This document shows positions 56,011-64,000 of a DNA stretch of 64,000 bases, one piece after another. Under the pieces are notes generated by a model. The model made no database searches, was not told the origin of the DNA, and worked only from the letters and a program-made list of their open reading frames with translations. The translations under genes and the position numbers were made by a program. Each line of letters opens with the position of its first letter. Position 1 is the first letter of the stretch. Origin of the DNA: the human T2T-CHM13v2.0 reference genome, Homo sapiens; assembly GCF_009914755.1 (NCBI RefSeq), contig NC_060929.1. One strand, 5' to 3'.

Positions 56011-59000
56011 TAAATGACTTTTTAAATTAAAAAAATCTTATTTTAAATACATTTTATTATTTTATTGTATGTATATTATATTTATCTTATTTATTATTTT
56101 ATTGTACAGAAGTTGTGCTATACTTACAATAAAATAATATAATGTATCCAAAACATGAGTAGATTAAAAAATTATACATCAATATACATTATATGATATC
56201 ATAGGAGTTTGAATAAAATAAAAACTGAGAAGAAGAGGGAGACAGAAATGCATATGTATGCATACATATACACATATTTAATATAAGTAGATCCAGAGGT
56301 CATGGCCATAAGAATGCACACCCAATTGTTAATCATAAATATTTTGGGCAGGGTATTGAAGATGATGGGAGACTTCTTCATTCAGAATATTACTAGAACT
56401 TTAAACTACATGAATTTGTATGCTTATGGGTTACTTGTTTAACTGAAGAATAAGGAAAGACTTTTCCCTCACCTGTGAATCCCATCTTTTGCACTCTGGC
56501 CAACACCTAAGTCTTCTCACTTTGCACTAGAAGGATAATGTACTGCTCTTGCCAAATAGGTCATACACAAGAGTATTAATTTCTCCAAGCAGCTGGGTGT
56601 GAGCCCAGCTCCAAGCAGAAAACAAACAAACTCTCTGACTCAAAAAGAGGCTTGGCCAAGGAATGTCAGGTTAGATATAGGCATATGTTTGTCCATTTGT
56701 TCATTCAACCATTCCTTCACCAACTTAATCATATCTAGATGCACTCAACAGAGTATTTGATAGTCCACTCTATTTCAGGCACTGAGAAGAGGAAGCAGGC
56801 AGTCCCTTCCCTCAGGGAGCTCAGAGGCTACTGAAGGAGACAGACATGAATCCAATAACTGCATATACATAAAATTACAGCTATGGTGGATATTATAAAG
56901 GGAGGTACACAAGGTAACATTGACCCTGATGGGAGAACAGAAAACACTTTCTTGAGGAGATGATAATTGAGCTGCAACTTAAAGAGGAATAGAAGTTGAC
57001 AGAAAAAAGGCAGAAAACACTGGGGACTGAGGCTGGAAAGTGCAGCCGTGAGAGCTACATAACTTCGTCCAGCAACTGAAAGGAGACAAAGATCACTGGA
57101 GTGCAGAGAATGAGGGGATGCCTCATGTCAGATGCGGCCAGCAAGGGTCACACATCAGGAGGGGGTTGGAAGTTGTACTAAGTATTTATGTATTATCATT
57201 AATTCGGTGATTGTTTTAAGAAGGTTGGCACTGGGGGTGACATGATTAGATTTGCATTTTGACCTATCTGGTGTATAAAAGAGAAGGGACAAGAGTATTT
57301 TTTGTGTTGTTTATGTGTGTGTGGGTTTTTGTTTTTGTTTTTGTTTTATTTTGTTTAGGGTGGTCTTAGTAATTTAAAAATATTTTCCTTGTATCGATAC
57401 CAGTCAACCTATCTAGAACCTAGTTATTGGTGGAAGTGGCACCATCTCCTAGGGGATGTTTGAGATATCTTTGGGATACTGGGTTGTAGTTATGATTGGG
57501 GAGCACAACACAAATCTAGAGGAAGGACAGGTTTCACATTACAACATGAGGGACAATCCCTCATAAGAAAATTATCATTCTACAGGCCACATTCTCCATG
57601 ATTCTAGAACATCCTACCAGCCACTTGTGTAAGTGAAAAATTTGTTTGTAATTATCTAATCTAGAACATAACTCCTTTTACTTATAAATAAAAAGAATCT
57701 TGCATGGTAATTTCCATACACTGAATAAAGGGAAGGGTATGCTTTCATTTGGTTCAGAACAAATATTCACCCTGTCACCTACATACAACATGTCTGCGTT
57801 AGACTTTGTTGGTAGTTGTCGTGTCCATGGTGGTGACTTAATGTACAAATGCACATATCTGACTGCTTTATTATGTTCTGTTGTAGATGAGCCTAGCATT
57901 TATACAATGAAATGTATGTTATTTTACCAAAATTACTCTCCTTTTATTGCTTCTTTGTATTTCAGTTAAGACATTATATTGATAATTGTTCATTGTGTAT
58001 AGATACGTTAGATTACTCGTGGATTTCATTTCAGTATTGTAAAGGGGTATTACAAGCTATTTGTTTTTAAAAAGAGAGTAGCAGTTGATCTGGGGTGATT
58101 GAGAATTACTGGCCTAGAAAAATATGACTTTCAAGAGCTAGGCTGTTTCGATAGACAAGACACACTTCAGGTGTCTTGTCTAAATGAATGCACTGGAGTG
58201 TTCCTGATTTATCAGTACTGGATGCATGCAGTTAAAGAAGCTCAGAGAATGTCAAAGGTTGGAGAGAGCAGCACAGGGGCAGAGGTGGCACACTAGTTCC
58301 CTATCAAGAAAATTAGAAAGATCTGCTCCAGCTTCAAGCTTTTCTCAAAGTCCTGAAGGATTTTTAACACATCTTCCATAAAAAGCTGTAATTTATTATC
58401 TCATGAATATCTAATTTGACAATATTTGCAAATCAAGTTTGTGGAATTTTGGTGTGTTCATTTGAGTGTGTGTTTTGTTCTTTCTCAAAATAATTCTTAA
58501 GGTAGAAATGTTTCTATGTGCTAGAAATGCTGAGATAAAAAAATTAATTTTGTGGTTAGCTTGAAAATAAATGGTGGGCTCTAATATGCAACGTAATGTA
58601 ATATAATATAATAAGGGTATCCCCTTAGGGTTGACTGTGGCAGCTTTCCAAGATTTTAGGCCTTGTCAGTTTCTCTGCTTTGATAATAATGGAATAAAGA
58701 ACAGTTATTCTCATTATCTGAGTGCTACTATATGCCAGAAAGAGTCATATCTGTTTTTTATGCATTGGCTGATTTTTATCGTCACAACAGCCTATGGTTA
58801 TAGATATTATGACTATATCCAATTTACAGATGAAGCAACTGAGGCTCAGAGACTTGAACTGATGTGCCCAAGGTCACATGGCTGGTAGATAGTCCAGAAC
58901 AGGATATCTTAATCCCTATGATAGACAAATGTAATAATATTTTAATTTAATCACCAGTGGCATAATTATGAAGATAATCTAACAGTAAAATACATAATAT

Positions 59001-62000
59001 GGAATACAGATGAATAGAAATGTTTGCCTCTTAAAAAAAGTCTGATAACTCCTTTGAGAACCAAGCCTGCTCTCCTTCAATGAGCTTGTGCTCTGTACTT
59101 CCTCAGTTACTCACTCCAATGTTCAGTCCATGAGTTCGTCATTACCAATAGTTGTAACTCCCAACAATTTCAGTTTAAAATATCTCATTCTTAAACCATC
59201 ATTTCCTGTCTCTAGAACCCTTTTCTTTAGTACTCTTGACTCCAGTAATTCTTTGACCATCTCAGGATATTCAACCTATTGATTCTAACATGTTTTCACT
59301 GTCCCTCACCCTCCTCATGTCAGAACATGACAGGCCACAGGCAGGCTATGGATTCTAAAAGATATCGTGAATGCTAAAAGTGCTGGAAGATTAAGGATAC
59401 CCTGAGAATTGTCATGGATAATGATAATCCAGTGATACTAAAACATATCTAGACAATTAACCAGAATAATGAAGGTTTAGAATTATTCCCTGTGGCACAG
59501 GTAGAGCAGCTGAGGAAATGGAGATCTCATTCGAGAGACCAAACAGCTCAGAGGTTCTGGAGCAGCTAATTCCAATCTCTGAACACTGTCATGCAGTTCT
59601 AAAGAGTGTGGCTGGATCCTAGTCAGGGAAGATACTGGAAGGTAGAGTTCAGCTCAAACTAAGAGAAAATGAAAGGTACTTTTCTTCTCATACTACAACT
59701 ACAATTCAATTGTATAGCTGAAATGCTGTATTGAGAAGGTTTCTGAGAATGGGTTCTCAGTCACCATTGTCTCAGTCAGATTGGGTTAGATTATACTCTG
59801 GGAACAAAGAACTCTTAATCCTCAGTAATGTAAAACAGCAAAGGTTTATTTTTCACTCACTGTACATGTCTGTGTGCATTGTCAGGAGGCTCTGCTCATC
59901 TCATTCCCTCTGTGATCCAGAAAGATGGAGTGGTCACCATCTCAAATGTTCCCATTTTACATGCTAGAGGGAAATAGAACGTGGGGGGTTAAAGTGTGTG
60001 TGTCACAAACTGATAATGAAATGTTCCAGCCTGGAAGTGACTTATATTATATCTACTCAAAAACTCATTGGCCAGAACTAGTCAGAAAGACTCACCCAAC
60101 TATAAGGAGGATGGGGAGTGCAAATCTACAATGAACAACATAATGAGCACCAGAAGCAGTGGCATGAGCAGTGGTTGACCTCCTGGGTCTAGACAAGGCA
60201 TTCTAGCATTTGTCTTGCTACTCCTCATCCCTGCCCTAATCACCAGAGCTGCCCTGCAAAGCCTTACAATGTAGTGAGCTCCCTAACACCAGAGTGTTGC
60301 AAGCAAAAGTTAAAGGAGTGCAGGTTAATGACACCATAGAGGCTATTCCTTTATCTAGTAGACTAATGGTCTACCTGGATCTACACGAGTCTCTTACCAC
60401 TCTGAAATAAACAGAACTAGGAATTATGGAATACTTTGCTAAGTGTACCAGATATTTGGAGAAAAATTACCAGTTCTCAGGCCAGCTAAACAACCAAGCA
60501 ATGGGGTGAATTTTGCTCATTTAAAACGGAGAGAAACATAGGCTGACCATTATAGTCCCATCATTGCTCCTTTTCCCGCAGGAGGGCAAAGCACATTAAC
60601 TCTCTCCCCAGCAAGAGACAATGATCAGAAGAATCAACATAAAGTGAGGGAAAGGATTTTTATTGAAAAAGCTGCTATAGCAAAGTTTGTGGTGCTAAAT
60701 ATTTCTTTATAAAAACCAGCACTTGACTATCAGCCTCCCTATTCAGCTACAGACAGGACAGCAAATGGTTGGGTGAGAAAATGCACTGCTATTCACCCAA
60801 GACTGTTAGGCTAATCAGCAATGGAAAAAACATCTGAAAACACCTGATAAAAGGGCAAATATGCTGTAAGGCTCTCGCGCGCTCTCTCTCTCTCTCTCTC
60901 ACTCACACACACACGTGACAGATTTTAAAAATCAACATCTGAATGCAGCCTTCAGTTGTCAAAAGCTTTCTTTATGATTCCTATTTAATCCACAAAATTC
61001 AGGGAGGTTAGAATTACTATTATAAATGATATTTTCAGATAAATAAATTCAGATTCAAAAAGATTAATTTGATTCACTTTGTGTCCAAGTGGGTCTACAT
61101 CTGTAGTACACAGGAAAGCACCTTGAATGGATGTGTGACAAAAACTGACTTCTTAATCTTTCAAAGCTGACCTCATCACACCACCACTACTTGCTGGGGC
61201 TGGTGACAGAACGTCGGGCTTGAGGGACCACAGTTCCTGTAATATACGGTGCTTCTTACATGCTCAGGGAAATCATTTATCATTGACATTCTACAGTAAG
61301 TGAAATTTCCACCCACCACAGAATTCATTTTATTTTTCATATTGTCAAATGACATAAAATAATTTTCTCTGGTTTCTGCTGCTAAAATGTCCTTATAGTG
61401 GAGCTTATAATAACCCAAGAGGAAGCAAGCATGATAGGATAACTAATGAGTTTTCCACATAAGAGTCAACCTCTAAACACACTAGAAAATCAGCCAAACC
61501 AGCTGGAGATAAAATGGCTGAATGGCTGATTGAATCATGTATTCCTCACTGGTCCAGTTGAGAAGGGCTTCTGGGTACATCTCCTTTTTACTTTCTGCCT
61601 GCCTTTACCTCTTTTCTCCCCAAGTTAAAATCATTAGAGGCTCTTCTCAACCTCCAATTTTGAGGCTAGTGTAATCCTTAATAGAAGGAGAGGTAAGCAT
61701 CCCCTGATCAATTACAAGAGGTCTATACCTCAACACGGCCTTCCTGTGACGCCAGTTACCCTGTCCAAACACTGAAGTTGCACATTGGCTCAGAAACTGG
61801 ATTCCTTTCTTTTTCTGTTCCTTATTTCTTTCTGCTCACCCCCTCCCTTCTCCCTTTCTTTCTTTTTAATTAAATGAGTAAAACATGAACACATTCTTAT
61901 TGTTAACAAAATTGGATTAGGAATAATTACTGTCTGGCATGGCCATGTGTTGACAGAGATCTGGAACCATTATGAACTGCTGTGGGAGCATCACCACATT

Positions 62001-62284
62001 GACAGAATTTTGGTACTACCTAGTAAAGTAGAGATGTATACACCTGCTACCCACTCCTAGGCACAGAACCTAAAGAAACTCACACATGTACCCAAGATGA
62101 CATTATTATTTATGGACTCATTTTCTATAATTGCAAAACACTGGAAATTATCTAAATATTCATTAATAGAATAATCAAAAAATAAACTATAGTCATAAAA
62201 TTGACTGCTACATAGGAGTAAAAAAGTTTAAATAAACTAAACATATCAATATTGATACATTTCGCACATATAATGAGTTTCTGA

Positions 62285-64000
62285 AAAGCAAGCATTCTCC
62301 TTGAAAACCGGCCCAAGACAAGGATGCCTTGTCTCACCACTCCCATGCAACATAATATTGGAAGTCCTAGCCAGAGCAATCAGGCAAGACAAAGAAATAA
62401 AGAACATCCAAATAGGAAGAGAGAAAGTCAAACTATCTCTATTTGTAGACAACATGATTCTATATCTAGAAAACCCCACAGTCTCAGCCCAACAGCTCCT
62501 TCAGCTGATCAACAACTTCAGCAAAGTTTCAGGATACAAAATCAATGTAAAAAATCGCGCCACTGCACTCCAGCCTGGGCGACAGAGCGAGACTCCGTCT
62601 CAAAAAAAAAAAAAAAAAAAAAAACAAAATCAATGTAAAAAATCATTAACATTCCTATATACCAACAACAGCCACGCCGAGAGCCAAATCAGAAAGGCTA
62701 TTTCATTCACAATTGCCACAAAAAGAATAAAATACCAGGAATATTACTTACCATGGAAGTGAAAGATCTCTGCAATGAGAATTACAAAACACTTCTCAAA
62801 GAAATCAGAGAAGGCGTAACAAATGAAAAAACATCCCATGTGCGTGGATAGAAAAAAATCAATATAAAAATGGCTATACTGTCCAAAGCAGTTTACAGAT
62901 TCAATGCTCTTTCTATCAAACTCCCAATGATATTCTTCACAGAACTAGAAAAAAACTATTTTAAAATTTATATGGAACCAATAAAGAGCTCTAATAGCCA
63001 AGGCAATCCTAAGCAAAAAACAACGAAGCTGAAGGCATCATGTTACCTGACTTCAAACTCCACTACAGGGCTACAGTAACCAAAACAGCATGATACTGGT
63101 ACAAAAACAGGCACCTAGACCAATGGAATAGAATAGAGAGCCCTGAAATAAGGCTGCACATCTGTGACCATCTGATCTTTGACAAAGCTGACAAAAATAA
63201 GCAATGGGGAAAAGACTCCCTATTCAATAAAGGGTGCTGGGATCACTAGCTAGCCATATGCAGAAGATTGAAGCTGGACTGCTTTCTTGTACCACATACA
63301 AAAATCAGCTCAAGATGGATTAGAGGCTTAAATGTAAAACCCAAAACTATAACAAACATGGAAGACAAGCTAGGCAATACCATCCTGGACAAAGGAATGG
63401 GCAAAGATTTCATGACAAAGACCAAAAGCAAACACAACAAAAGCAAAAATTGACAACTGGGATCTAATTAAACTTAAGAGCTTCTGCACAACAATGACAA
63501 AAAACTATCAACAGAGTAAACAGACAACCTACAGAATGGGAGAAAATAATTTGCAAACTATGTATCTGACAGAGGTCCAATATCCAACATTTAAAAGGAA
63601 CTTAAATTTACAAGAGAAAAACAACCCTATTAAAAAGTGGGCAAAGGACAGGGCCATCCATTTTCCAAAAAAAGACATACATGTTGCCAACATGCATATG
63701 GAAAAGAAGCTCAATATCACTGACCATTAGGGAAATGCAAATTAAAACCACAATGATATACTATCTCACATCAGTCACAATGGCTATTAGTAAAAAATCA
63801 AAAAATAACAGAGGCTGGTGAGGTTGCAGAGAAAGGGGAACACTTGTGCACTGTTGGTGGGAGTGTAAATTAGTTCAACCATTGTGGAAAGCAGTATAGT
63901 GATTCCGCAAAGAGCTAAAAGCAGAACTACCATTCGACCCAGCAATCCCATTACTGAGTATATGCCCAGGCGAATATAAATCATTCTACCATAAAGACAC
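62285..64000 (+). mobile_element. 5'-truncated L1PA (ORF2 RT and C-terminal part) running off the window
   Basis: [44 protein letters not shown], colinear with 24780-26400. Confidence 0.93.
62554..62623 (+). mobile_element. Severely 5'-truncated AluY inside L1
   Basis: atcgcgccactgcactccagcctgggcgacagagcgagactccgtctc plus a pure A tail. The 21-bp duplication acaaaatcaatgtaaaaaatc is at 62536-62556 and 62624-62644. Confidence 0.93.

Overview
This is primate DNA, consistent with human, from the inside of HTR4 (serotonin 5-HT4 receptor, class A GPCR), transcribed on the minus strand. It holds three constitutive coding exons: 36627-36752 (N-terminus and TM1), 35158-35358 (TM2-TM3) and 9682-9835 (ICL2, TM4 and the start of ECL2). 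It also holds the 42-nt cassette exon h (7411-7452, ERSLNQGLGQDFHA), which the ORF track misses. The start-codon exon and the TM5-7 exon lie outside the window. The rest is intron rich in repeats: L1, L2, MIR, Alu, MaLR and ERV LTRs, and DNA transposon relics. Repeat subfamily names were recognised by eye, not by RepeatMasker. I found no new gene system. The most unusual signal is the splicing architecture. Two exons have very long AG-free polypyrimidine tracts with distant branch points, which is already known for HTR4. A third tract of the same design at 29689-29836 could define an unannotated poison exon. Other leads are inverted Alus around a stop-free 327-nt exon pair, a stop codon inside an intronic AATAAA, a MADE1 hairpin with co-varying arms, and a young-looking truncated AluY.
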